Positions 38,595 through 47,276 of a stretch of DNA of 54,506 nucleotides are shown here, piece by piece. Source of the DNA: an uncultured Candidatus Saccharibacteria bacterium. GTDB taxonomy: Bacteria > Patescibacteriota > Saccharimonadia > Saccharimonadales > 2-12-FULL-41-12. The notes below the pieces were generated by a model. The model ran no database searches. It saw only the letters and a program-made list of their open reading frames with translations, and was not told the origin of the DNA. Each line of letters opens with the position of its first letter. Within the stretch, counting starts at the first letter, position 1. The translations under genes were made by a program, and so were the position numbers. The stretch lies in NCBI GenBank assembly GCA_964573095.1, contig CAZNIK010000001.1, forward strand, positions 1-54,506. The letters run 5' to 3'.

Positions 38595-39686
38595 ATGGAG
38601 AATCTTGAAAAAGAGCTCGGTGTGTTTAGGAAGGAAGTGCATAACGCGCTTCAATCTTTTGGGTATGAAAAGAAGTTAGAAGCCCGCAAATCGCTGGTGG
38701 AAGCCTCTGAACGGGCGGGCTTTTGGGACGATAGTTCTGAAGCTCAGAAACACATGCAACAACTTGCCACACTTAACTCAAGCCTGGAGCCATGGTCGGC
38801 ACTGGATCGACAAACCGAAGAGCTTAACGAGCTCGTAAAACTTGGTGATGATTCTCTGCGACAGGAGTTAGGGGAAAATCTAAAGCGAGCACAAAATTTG
38901 TTCAATAAACTCAAAGCCGACCTTCGTTTTAATGGGACATATGACGACCACGGTGCAATCTTGAGTATTTATAGTGGCGCAGGAGGGACCGACGCCCAAG
39001 ACTGGACTCAGATGTTGGCACGGATGTATTTCAGATGGGCCGAACAACAAAAGTTAAAGATTGGCGTGCTCGAAGAATCTCCCGGCGAAGAGGCCGGGCT
39101 TAAGAGTATTGGTTATGAAATTGATGGCCCAAATGTCTATGGCAAACTGAGGGGTGAGCATGGTGTTCATAGGTTGGTCCGGCTTAGTCCGTTTAATGCG
39201 AACAACCTCCGTCAAACAAGTTTTGCAAAAGTAGAGGTGCTTCCAAAAATTATTGCCAAAACTGAGGTGCCTTTGGACGAAGCTGACTTGAAAATAGATG
39301 TCTATCGAGCCGGTGGGCACGGCGGTCAAAGTGTCAATACTACCGACTCAGCGGTTCGAATCACTCATCTTCCGACTGGAATTGTAGTGAGTATTCAAAA
39401 CGAGCGTTCACAGCTTCAGAATAAAGAAACCGCCATGACAATACTGCGCTCAAAGCTGGCACAGTTGCAGGTTGAACAACATAAAGAAAGGCTGAGTGAG
39501 CTAAAAGGCCCCAATCAATCGGCCGAGTGGGGTAATCAGATAAGATCGTATGTACTTCACCCCTATAAACAAGTCAAAGACCTCCGCACGCGCTACGAAA
39601 CCTCGGACCCAGACGCCGTACTAGACGGCGACCTAGACGGCCTCATCAACGCCTACCTAGAGCACACTCTCGGCAAGCCTGCTTAA
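38595..39686 (+). CDS. prfB: Peptide chain release factor 2, continuous frame (no programmed frameshift)
   Basis: SPF tripeptide (RLSPFNA), [22 protein letters not shown]. Confidence 0.97.
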   Translation: MENLEKELGVFRKEVHNALQSFGYEKKLEARKSLVEASERAGFWDDSSEAQKHMQQLATLNSSLEPWSALDRQTEELNELVKLGDDSLRQELGENLKRAQNLFNKLKADLRFNGTYDDHGAILSIYSGAGGTDAQDWTQMLARMYFRWAEQQKLKIGVLEESPGEEAGLKSIGYEIDGPNVYGKLRGEHGVHRLVRLSPFNANNLRQTSFAKVEVLPKIIAKTEVPLDEADLKIDVYRAGGHGGQSVNTTDSAVRITHLPTGIVVSIQNERSQLQNKETAMTILRSKLAQLQVEQHKERLSELKGPNQSAEWGNQIRSYVLHPYKQVKDLRTRYETSDPDAVLDGDLDGLINAYLEHTLGKPA

Positions 39687-39762
39687 TTATCCTTGACGTT
39701 CATGCTGTAATTATGGCAAAATATTCTCCAAAGTTTAGTGTATTAAGTTAGGAGCTTTTGGC

Positions 39763-40701
39763 ATGGAGATTAAGGGCAACGGATTAACAGTACAGGTTGA
39801 CGCTGCTGAACAGACAGATCAGTGGCTTATTGAGGCTGCAACAGAAATTCGTGAAGCCGCAGAAGCTCGAGGCTTAGAAGTGCCAGCCTTTACTGGTTTG
39901 GTGGCTGTTGAAGGTGCCAACAATGATATTGATGTGGATACAGCCACCGAGACCGCACGAGACGTTAAAGTTGATCCAGCTGATGTGAAAGAGTCTCTTC
40001 TTGGACAACTTGATACTGCATTCAGTGGCTACAAGACAGTTGTCGAACATATCAATGGAGGTCGATCGCGGGAAGAACAGGTAGAGGTTGCCGATCAAGA
40101 AACCGTAGAAACCGAACTCAAGACTTGGTTAACTGATGAAAAAGCTGAATATATGGCTCGGACCCAAGAAGCTGACCCAGAATTACGCTGGACACTAATT
40201 GCTTCGCCGAACAATGTTGAAGTTACTCCTGAAGAAGCCGAAGAGTTGGCTGTAGAATTCGGTAAAAACCAGCCATATTTAACCTATCCGTTGAGCCCTA
40301 TCTTAAAACGCTACACCCCTGCGGAACTATCTGGCACTGATCCAAGTAACGGCAATAAGATACGTTTTGCCGCTGTACCAAGCAAACTGACCCCAGAACT
40401 CTATGGTACGGTGGCTGCTCAGCGCGATGCCTTGGCTGAGCTGCAAGCCGACATGCCCGATGTTAGGCTTTCTAGTCATCTAGACGATCTCGTGTACTGG
40501 TACACGCTTCGGGCCCAAGGTGATGACCTCGCTCACGGTGATGTCTATGAGCGAACCAATAACAGTCACTTTGACTTGCCCGAACAGCGCCTCGATGGTG
40601 ATGACTTCGTGCTCGATTCGTGTGTCAACGTCATTGGCGAGCCGAGCATAAACGCTCAGAGTGTTCGCTTTGCCTACTACGGTCGCGCCCTGGTGGGGTA
40701 A
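39763..40701 (+). CDS. Hypothetical acidic protein inserted between prfB and ftsE; C-terminus resembles a DGR variable-protein end
   Basis: 312-aa ORF after GGAG SD; C-terminus HFDLPEQRLDGDDFVLDSCVNVIGEPSINAQSVRFAYYGRALVG. Confidence 0.75.
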   Translation: MEIKGNGLTVQVDAAEQTDQWLIEAATEIREAAEARGLEVPAFTGLVAVEGANNDIDVDTATETARDVKVDPADVKESLLGQLDTAFSGYKTVVEHINGGRSREEQVEVADQETVETELKTWLTDEKAEYMARTQEADPELRWTLIASPNNVEVTPEEAEELAVEFGKNQPYLTYPLSPILKRYTPAELSGTDPSNGNKIRFAAVPSKLTPELYGTVAAQRDALAELQADMPDVRLSSHLDDLVYWYTLRAQGDDLAHGDVYERTNNSHFDLPEQRLDGDDFVLDSCVNVIGEPSINAQSVRFAYYGRALVG

Positions 40702-40743
40702 AGTGTAAGACACGCCAAACGGTTTGATGCTATAATAGTGCTA

Positions 40744-41424
40744 ATGATTCTGCTAGACAGGGTAACAAAAACGTATACCAAAGAAGGAAACGCACTCGAA
40801 CGGATCAATCTTCATGTTGAGCCACGAGAGTTTGTGATTGTCGTTGGCCCAAGCGGCGCCGGTAAGTCAACGCTGCTGAAACTTCTCACCAGGGAAGAAA
40901 AACCCAGCAGTGGCAAAATAATTGTCGGCGGAATAGATTATGAGCAGCTGAAAGATCGCAATATCCCGCAACTCAGAAGAAGAATAGGGGTGGTGTTCCA
41001 AGATTTTAAGCTGCTGCCCAACAAAACGGTTTTCGAAAACGTGGCCTTTGCGCTGGAGATTGTTGGCATGAGCAACCGCGAGATTAAACACACGGTGCCG
41101 AAAGTGCTACAAATTGTTGGATTGAAAGATAAAGCCAAAAGTTATCCTCGGGAATTGTCTGGCGGTGAGCGACAGCGAGTGGCGATTGCAAGAGCCATCG
41201 TTCGGCAACCAAAAATTTTGATTGCTGATGAGCCAACGGGCAACCTTGACCCAAAACACGCCTGGGATGTCATTCGGGTGTTAGAGAAAATAAATCGCTA
41301 TGGCACCACCGTATTGTTGACGACGCACAATCAAGAAATTGTCAATAAACTCAAGCGGCGGGTGGTCACCATTAAGGACGGCAAAATAATTAGCGACAAG
41401 GCTGGCGGGAGCTACGAGCTGTAA
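40744..41424 (+). CDS. ftsE: Cell division ATP-binding protein FtsE
   Basis: GPSGAGKST, RIGVVFQDFKLL, LSGGERQRVAIARA, DEPTGNLDP. Confidence 0.96.
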   Translation: MILLDRVTKTYTKEGNALERINLHVEPREFVIVVGPSGAGKSTLLKLLTREEKPSSGKIIVGGIDYEQLKDRNIPQLRRRIGVVFQDFKLLPNKTVFENVAFALEIVGMSNREIKHTVPKVLQIVGLKDKAKSYPRELSGGERQRVAIARAIVRQPKILIADEPTGNLDPKHAWDVIRVLEKINRYGTTVLLTTHNQEIVNKLKRRVVTIKDGKIISDKAGGSYEL

Positions 41425-41431
41425 AGTGCTT

Positions 41432-42403
41432 ATGGATAAGAGACGATTTATAGCATTTAGTCGAGTTGTGCGAGCCGGGTTCGTAAACTTTGTTCGCAAT
41501 GCCTCGCTCAGTATTGCCGCAACAGCGGTTATGACCGTGACGCTGACTATTGTCCTTTTTTCGGTAATTGCAAATGCCACCCTCAACCACACCATTGATC
41601 AGATAAACGATAAGATAGATATCTCGGTCTATCTAAAAGACACCGTGACCGAGGATCAGCGCGATAATTTGATGGCCCAACTACGGAGTTTGGGAAATGT
41701 GAGAGATGTCAAATACGTGTCAAAGGACGAAGCGCTGGCCCAATATCGCAAAGACAATCAAGACAACGTCGATTTGCTGCTGGCGATTTCACAAACCGAC
41801 AACCCACTGCCGGCAACAATTCAAGTAAAGCCAAATGACCCGGTCCAGATAGAAGAAATAAAGAAGGTGCTCGAGCGAAGTGACGTAAAGGCGCTTCAGT
41901 CTGACGAAACATCGTATTCTGGCGATCGAAAAGTAGCTATTGATAAGATAACCCGTGCGACCAAGTTCTTTAGGGAAGCGGTGGGCGTGAGCATTATTGT
42001 GTTTGCCATAATTTCTATGTTGATCATCTTTAACACGATTCAGATGGCAATTTTCAATCGTCGGGACGAGCTGACGATTATGCGACTTTTGGGAGCGGGG
42101 CCATGGTACATCAAAGGACCGTTTATTGTAGAAACCATGCTGTATGGCGTGGTGGCGGCGGTAATTTCGCTCAGTCTATGCAATGCGATTTTCATCATTC
42201 AAGCCCAAGCGTTTGATGCCAGCAGCCTGGGGTTATTAGATCTTAAGTATGCCAACAACTATTTTGCGGACAACTTTTGGCTGATTATGTTTATGCAACT
42301 CACAGCCGGGATGGCGATTGGCGCTATTTCTGCGCTGATCGCGACCAAGCGTTATCTTCGGACAAAGCCGACTCGGCGGGCGCGTCGCAATCTAAAAAAG
42401 TAA
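41432..42403 (+). CDS. ftsX: Cell division permease FtsX
   Basis: YVSKDEAL, NPLPATI, IFNTIQMAIFNRRDELTIMRLLGA, IKGPFIVE. Confidence 0.94.
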   Translation: MDKRRFIAFSRVVRAGFVNFVRNASLSIAATAVMTVTLTIVLFSVIANATLNHTIDQINDKIDISVYLKDTVTEDQRDNLMAQLRSLGNVRDVKYVSKDEALAQYRKDNQDNVDLLLAISQTDNPLPATIQVKPNDPVQIEEIKKVLERSDVKALQSDETSYSGDRKVAIDKITRATKFFREAVGVSIIVFAIISMLIIFNTIQMAIFNRRDELTIMRLLGAGPWYIKGPFIVETMLYGVVAAVISLSLCNAIFIIQAQAFDASSLGLLDLKYANNYFADNFWLIMFMQLTAGMAIGAISALIATKRYLRTKPTRRARRNLKK

Positions 42404-42412
42404 CGACGCTTA

Positions 42413-42480
42413 TGCTACAATGTGGGTTCGGGTGGAAACGAGTCACTCGTCCGTTAAACGAGATAGCAGCCACCCAAATT
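42413..42480 (+). ncRNA. Candidate small structured RNA or leader between ftsX and the CHAP hydrolase
   Basis: Extended -10 TGCTACAAT (42413-21), GGGTGG/CCACCC outer stem, two AAACGAG copies flanking CTCGT. Confidence 0.3.
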
Positions 42481-42509
42481 TCAACAGAGGAAACGTAATG
42501 AAGACGGGG

Positions 42510-42538
42510 TTGCATATTATACGTATGTATGCTATTAT
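42510..42538 (+). promoter_or_regulatory. Sigma70-type promoter for the CHAP hydrolase
   Basis: TTGCAT-17-TATTAT with TG extension. Confidence 0.6.
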
Positions 42539-42554
42539 AAATATGCGAAATAAC

Positions 42555-43691
42555 ATGAAAAAACAAACAATTCTATCAGTAATAAAGCGAATGCAACCTG
42601 CACACAAGTTGTTGGTAGTAGGTATTGTCGGGGTTTTTGTTCTGGCTGGATTCGTGGCACCATTTGCACGAGCCGATCAGTATGAAGCTCAAATTCAAGC
42701 GTTGAATGCCGAGAATGGCAACAAGCGCAATTCACAAAATCAGCTGGGGGCCGAAGCTGCCTCATTGAGCGATACTATTGCCAAGCTACAAGCCGAAATC
42801 AACGCAATTCAGCAAAAGATAACCGATAATCAAAATCGGGTTAATGATCTCAACAAACAAATTGCTGCTGCCGAGATTGAGCTAGAAAAGCAAAAGGATC
42901 TTTTGGGCGAAACTATTAAAGCTATGTATCTCGAGGGGGATATCTCGACAGTTGAGATGCTGGCTTCTAGTAAGAACCTCAGCGATTTTTTTGATAAGCA
43001 GCAATATAGAGAAAGTGTGCGCTCCAAGATAAAGACGACACTTGATAAGATTACGCAATTAAAGCTTGATCTGAGCACCCAAAAAGACACAGTTGAGAAA
43101 TTAATCGCTGAACAGCAGACGCTGCAAGGTCAAGTGGTTGCCCAGCGGGCCGAAAATGATCGCTTGCTTGGACTCAATCAAGGGCAGCGAAATGAACTTG
43201 ATTCACAGATTAAAGCCAATAATTCCAAAATCTCGCAACTTCGAGCTCAACAAGCAGCCGAAAATGCCAAGCTATTCCGAGGCGTTCGCGTTATTGCCGG
43301 CTCTAACGGCAGGGATTCTTACCCAGAGATTTGGCGTAATGCCGCGCAAGACAGCCTTATTGATAGCTGGGGTATGTATAACCGAGAATGCGTGAGCTAC
43401 ACGGCCTGGAAGGTTCATGAGAGTGGTCGCTTTATGCCGTATTGGGGTGGTCGCGGTAATGCCAACCAATGGGATGATAATGCTCGAGCAGCAGGCATTC
43501 CAGTTGATGGCAGCCCTCGCCCCGGTGATGTCGCGGTAAGCAACTCGGGATACTACGGACACGTTATGTATGTTGAGTCTGTGAACCCAAATGGAACAAT
43601 TAACATCAGTCAGTACAACTGGAGTCTCAACGGCACCTATTCTGAGGCCTACAATCTGCCAACGGCTGGCTTAGTGTTCATCCACTTCTAA
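42555..43691 (+). CDS. PcsB/CwlO-like coiled-coil plus CHAP peptidoglycan hydrolase (likely FtsEX partner)
   Basis: Signal/TM segment, long coiled coil, NRECVSY (Cys), WGGRGNANQW, YGHVMYVE (His); start 42543 or 42555. Confidence 0.9.
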   Translation: MKKQTILSVIKRMQPAHKLLVVGIVGVFVLAGFVAPFARADQYEAQIQALNAENGNKRNSQNQLGAEAASLSDTIAKLQAEINAIQQKITDNQNRVNDLNKQIAAAEIELEKQKDLLGETIKAMYLEGDISTVEMLASSKNLSDFFDKQQYRESVRSKIKTTLDKITQLKLDLSTQKDTVEKLIAEQQTLQGQVVAQRAENDRLLGLNQGQRNELDSQIKANNSKISQLRAQQAAENAKLFRGVRVIAGSNGRDSYPEIWRNAAQDSLIDSWGMYNRECVSYTAWKVHESGRFMPYWGGRGNANQWDDNARAAGIPVDGSPRPGDVAVSNSGYYGHVMYVESVNPNGTINISQYNWSLNGTYSEAYNLPTAGLVFIHF

Positions 43692-43706
43692 AGATTTATA
43701 CAAAAG

Positions 43707-43723
43707 TCTCAGATATTTCTCAG
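43707..43723 (+). promoter_or_regulatory. TCTCAG-N5-TCTCAG direct repeat upstream of ctpA
   Basis: TCTCAG ATATT TCTCAG, 11 nt, TATCCT (43735-40). Confidence 0.7.
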
Positions 43724-43783
43724 CATATATTCGGTATCCTTAACAATAACCATAGGGTACAATAAGGATAATCACGATTAATT

Positions 43784-45037
43784 TTGGAGGGGTCCTTGGA
43801 AGGGCAATCAACGCAGTCTGTGTCTGAAAAAACAAAAAAAGGCTGGAAACCAACCTGGAAATGGGCTGGAAAAACGGCGCTTAACGTTGCAATTTTGCTG
43901 GCGGTGTTTGGCGTTGGTGTAGGCTATGGCAGCGGCAGAATTACCTGGGGCCCCGATTCTGTATATCGCAAAACGGTACAAACCCAAAACAACAGTCTCA
44001 GCTTTGATGGGATCGAGCAGCTATATCAACTGCTTCGCCAAAGTTTTGATGGACAGCTCGATAACGCAAAGCTCGAAGATGGCATGAAAGCCGGGTTGGT
44101 GAGGGCAGCCGGCGACCCCTACACTGAGTATCTTAATGCCGAAGAAAATAAAGAGTTTAATGAGCAGCTCAGTGGCTCTTTCGAGGGGATTGGCGCCGAA
44201 CTTACCAAAGACAATGACGCAATTGTGATTGTTTCGCCAATAGCCGGCTATCCAGCCGAAAAAGCTGGCATGAAGCCCAAAGACATCATAAGCAAAATTA
44301 ATGGTGAATCAGCGCTTGACATCACGACGTCTGAGGCCGTGAAGCGCATTCGGGGACCAAAAGGCACCGCCGTAAAACTGGAAGTCGTGAGAGACGGCAA
44401 AGTATTGAACTTTGAAGTACAACGAACCCAAATAAGCATTCCTAGCGTGAAATATGAGGTTACTGCTGACAATATTGGCGTTATCACGGTGTCGAGGTTT
44501 GGAGAAGACACCAATCAACTTATGGTGAAGGCGGCGAACGACCTCAAGTCAAAGAATGTTAAAGGAATAGTCCTTGATCTTCGAGGCAATCCAGGTGGCT
44601 TACTTGATTCGGCGGTTGCAATGTCGAGTCTGTGGCTGCCGCGCGAGCAGACCATTCTTGAAGAAAAGAGGAATGATCAACTTATTCGCACGTTTCGGGC
44701 AAACGGCAACAGTATTTTGCTTGGAGTTCCGACGGTGGTACTTATTAACGAAGGTAGCGCCAGTGCCAGTGAAATCACTGCAGGTGCGCTTCGCGATAAC
44801 GGCGTCGCGACAATTATTGGGCAAAAAAGTTACGGCAAGGGCAGCGTCCAGGAGCTGCGCAGTTTGAGTAACGGTGGTGTGCTCAAGGTTACCATTGCCA
44901 GGTGGTTTACTCCAAAAGGGGTCAATATCGATAAAGAGGGTATTAAGCCGGACCAGGTAGTGGAGCTAAAAGATGCAGACGTGCAGGCAAAAAATGATAC
45001 CCAAAATAACGCCGCGCTCCAAAAACTGAAGCAGTAA
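43784..45037 (+). CDS. ctpA: S41 C-terminal processing protease (CtpA/Prc) with PDZ
   Basis: GDPYTEY, FEGIGA, LDLRGNPGG, SASASEI, GKGSVQ. Confidence 0.94.
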   Translation: MEGSLEGQSTQSVSEKTKKGWKPTWKWAGKTALNVAILLAVFGVGVGYGSGRITWGPDSVYRKTVQTQNNSLSFDGIEQLYQLLRQSFDGQLDNAKLEDGMKAGLVRAAGDPYTEYLNAEENKEFNEQLSGSFEGIGAELTKDNDAIVIVSPIAGYPAEKAGMKPKDIISKINGESALDITTSEAVKRIRGPKGTAVKLEVVRDGKVLNFEVQRTQISIPSVKYEVTADNIGVITVSRFGEDTNQLMVKAANDLKSKNVKGIVLDLRGNPGGLLDSAVAMSSLWLPREQTILEEKRNDQLIRTFRANGNSILLGVPTVVLINEGSASASEITAGALRDNGVATIIGQKSYGKGSVQELRSLSNGGVLKVTIARWFTPKGVNIDKEGIKPDQVVELKDADVQAKNDTQNNAALQKLKQ

Positions 45038-45110
45038 AAAGTTGATAATTATTTGATAATGGCGCACCATTTTGCGAATGAGCTGCTAGAATGTGGGAAA
45101 GGAGTTTACT

Positions 45111-45518
45111 ATGGTCGATGTGTTTGCGAAATCATATGAGTATATCGATGGAAGGTGTTACGTTGATGGTATTTTGCAATCATCAACGGATTCGTGCGAT
45201 GGTATTATTCGCGGAGTTCTCGCGGTTTTGGCAGTTGTCATTATTCCGCTAATTATTCTCGGAATTCTGTCATTTGTGTTCTGGGTGTGGATGTTGGTCC
45301 ATGTTGTCAAAAATGATGAGATCAAGGATCGCACGATCTGGTTAATAACGCTGATCCTAAGCTTTCCAATGGGGCTACATTGGCTTAGTGCCCCAATTTA
45401 CTACTTTGTCGTCAAGCGACCCTATGATGCCGCAAAAAAAGCCCAAACGGCAGCAGGTGCGGGTGCTACTGTCTCGCCGCAACCTACAACCAATCAAGAT
45501 AAATCAAAAACTTCTTAG
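45111..45518 (+). CDS. Small membrane protein with PLDc_N-like hairpin
   Basis: TAGAAT 45087-92 and SD AAAGGAG before ATG 45111; FWVWMLVHVV...IWLITLIL...IYYFVVKR. Confidence 0.7.
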   Translation: MVDVFAKSYEYIDGRCYVDGILQSSTDSCDGIIRGVLAVLAVVIIPLIILGILSFVFWVWMLVHVVKNDEIKDRTIWLITLILSFPMGLHWLSAPIYYFVVKRPYDAAKKAQTAAGAGATVSPQPTTNQDKSKTS

Positions 45519-45638
45519 AGAAGAATTGTTTACAAATAGTACCCGTGCCCTTTAGTGGCAGGCGAAAATGTTCTCGTTTGCTCATCAGCGGTAACTGAGG
45601 TACTATAAGTGCAACAAATTAGGGTTATTGTGAGAGTT

Positions 45639-47228
45639 GTGGCAAAGAAGCAAACGAAATATATCTTTGTGGTGGGTGGGGTCTTGTCGGGAGTCGGCAA
45701 GGGAATCACCGCCGCCTCGATCGGCAATATCTTAGAGGCCCGCGGACTGTCAGTAAACATTCAGAAACTCGATCCTTATCTAAATGTTGACGCCGGAACA
45801 CTTAACCCTGCGGAGCACGGCGAATGTTTTGTGACTGCCGACGGCGCCGAAACCGATCTTGACCTTGGTCACTACGAGCGATTTTTGGATATTGAGCTCA
45901 CAAAAAAGAGCAGTGTTATGAGCGGGCGTCTGTTGCTGGAGCTTATTCAGAATGAGAGGAAAGGCAAATACTTGGGCAAAACTGTTCAAGTAATTCCTCA
46001 TTTTACCAACAGCATCAAAGAGCAGATTCTTGCTGCGGGCGAAGGTCATGATGTTCACATTGTGGAAATCGGCGGAACGGTTGGCGATTATGAAAGTCCG
46101 GCGTTTATTGAGGCAATTCGCGAGCTTGGCTTGCAGCTAGGACGCGAAAACCGAATCTTTGTACATGTGGTGTACCTGCCATACCTTGGGACGAGCAAAG
46201 AAATAAAGACAAAGCCGGCACAGAATGCAGTTCGTGACCTGCGCTCGGTTGGTATCGTTCCCGACATCCTGGCGGCCAGAAGCGAGGAAGTTCCCCCAGA
46301 AGAAGTGATCGACAAGCTAAGTTTGTACGGCGGTGTTGAGAAAAAGGCGATCGTTTTGTTGCCAAATGCACACACCATCTATCAAGTGCCACTTACTCTC
46401 GAAGAAAATGGTATTGGTAACGTCATCACAAAACGGCTTGGACTGAAAACCAAGTCAGCCAATCTTAAGGAGTGGAAAAAGATGGTTGCCCACGCATCAG
46501 CAATTCCAAAAAAGACCTATAGAGTTGCTGTTGTGGCAAAATACTTAAATAATCAAGACACGTACATGTCAGTATTTGAGGCACTTCGAGCAGCGGCCTG
46601 GGCAGAGGGAGTGGGTCTGGTGCTTGAATGGGTGAACGCCGAACAGCTTGCAACCCCGAAAGAGCTAGAAGGCTATGACGGTATTGTGGTGCCCGGCGGG
46701 TTTGGTCATCGTGGGGTTGAAGGCAAGATTGTTGCGGCTCGATATGCGCTCGACAAAAAAGTTCCTTACCTTGGGCTTTGCCTCGGTATGCAAGTTGCTG
46801 TTATCGCGGCTGCGCGCAGGTCCGGTCTTGAAGGCGCGAATTCTACGGAGTTTGATCAGAGTTCCGCAGACCCAGTTATTAGCACCATGAGCGACCAGAA
46901 AGGCAAGGAAGGCACGGGTGGGACCATGCGGCTTGGGAACTATCCTTGTAAGTTTGTGCGCGGCAGTTTGGCTGCAAAAACCTATAAACAAAAAGAAGTT
47001 GTCGAACGTCACCGTCACCGCTACGAGGCAAACAACGACTATGTTGACCGATACGAGTCGTGGGGTATACTCCCAACCGGGAAGAGTCCAGACGAAAAAC
47101 TGGTAGAAGTTATTGAGGCGGTGAATCATCCATTTTTTCTCGCGAGTCAATATCATCCAGAGTTTAAATCTCGGCCAAATCGCCCGCACCCAATGTTTCA
47201 CGGATTTATCAAATCGCTGGGTAAATAG
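45639..47228 (+). CDS. pyrG: CTP synthase
   Basis: GGVLSGVGKG, DPYLNVDAG, DLDLGHYERF, GLCLGMQ, QYHPEF; GTG 45639 preferred over 45609. Confidence 0.98.
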   Translation: MAKKQTKYIFVVGGVLSGVGKGITAASIGNILEARGLSVNIQKLDPYLNVDAGTLNPAEHGECFVTADGAETDLDLGHYERFLDIELTKKSSVMSGRLLLELIQNERKGKYLGKTVQVIPHFTNSIKEQILAAGEGHDVHIVEIGGTVGDYESPAFIEAIRELGLQLGRENRIFVHVVYLPYLGTSKEIKTKPAQNAVRDLRSVGIVPDILAARSEEVPPEEVIDKLSLYGGVEKKAIVLLPNAHTIYQVPLTLEENGIGNVITKRLGLKTKSANLKEWKKMVAHASAIPKKTYRVAVVAKYLNNQDTYMSVFEALRAAAWAEGVGLVLEWVNAEQLATPKELEGYDGIVVPGGFGHRGVEGKIVAARYALDKKVPYLGLCLGMQVAVIAAARRSGLEGANSTEFDQSSADPVISTMSDQKGKEGTGGTMRLGNYPCKFVRGSLAAKTYKQKEVVERHRHRYEANNDYVDRYESWGILPTGKSPDEKLVEVIEAVNHPFFLASQYHPEFKSRPNRPHPMFHGFIKSLGK

Positions 47229-47240
47229 GGATTGCTATTC

Positions 47241-47269
47241 TTGACTCATGAGTAGTTTCGTGGTAGCAT
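47241..47269 (+). promoter_or_regulatory. Sigma70-type promoter giving a leaderless mRNA for the response regulator
   Basis: TTGACT-17-TAGCAT, then 7 nt to ATG; palindrome ACTCATGAGT overlaps the -35. Confidence 0.7.
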
Positions 47270-47276
47270 AAGCTTT

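Noticed and set aside
40702-40730. DGR homing hairpin after the candidate target gene
   Set aside because: Only a 4-bp stem (CAAA-CGG-TTTG) overlapping the ftsE promoter; too weak to count as support
42436-42475. SRP (4.5S) RNA or c-di-GMP/c-di-AMP riboswitch
   Set aside because: AGCAGCC is present, but the GNRA loop with CAGG and the riboswitch consensus cores are missing; kept only as an unclassified candidate
45042-45060. TTGATAAT-TAT-TTGATAAT as a Fur/PerR box
   Set aside because: Direct repeat, not the 7-1-7 inverted form; single AT-rich instance
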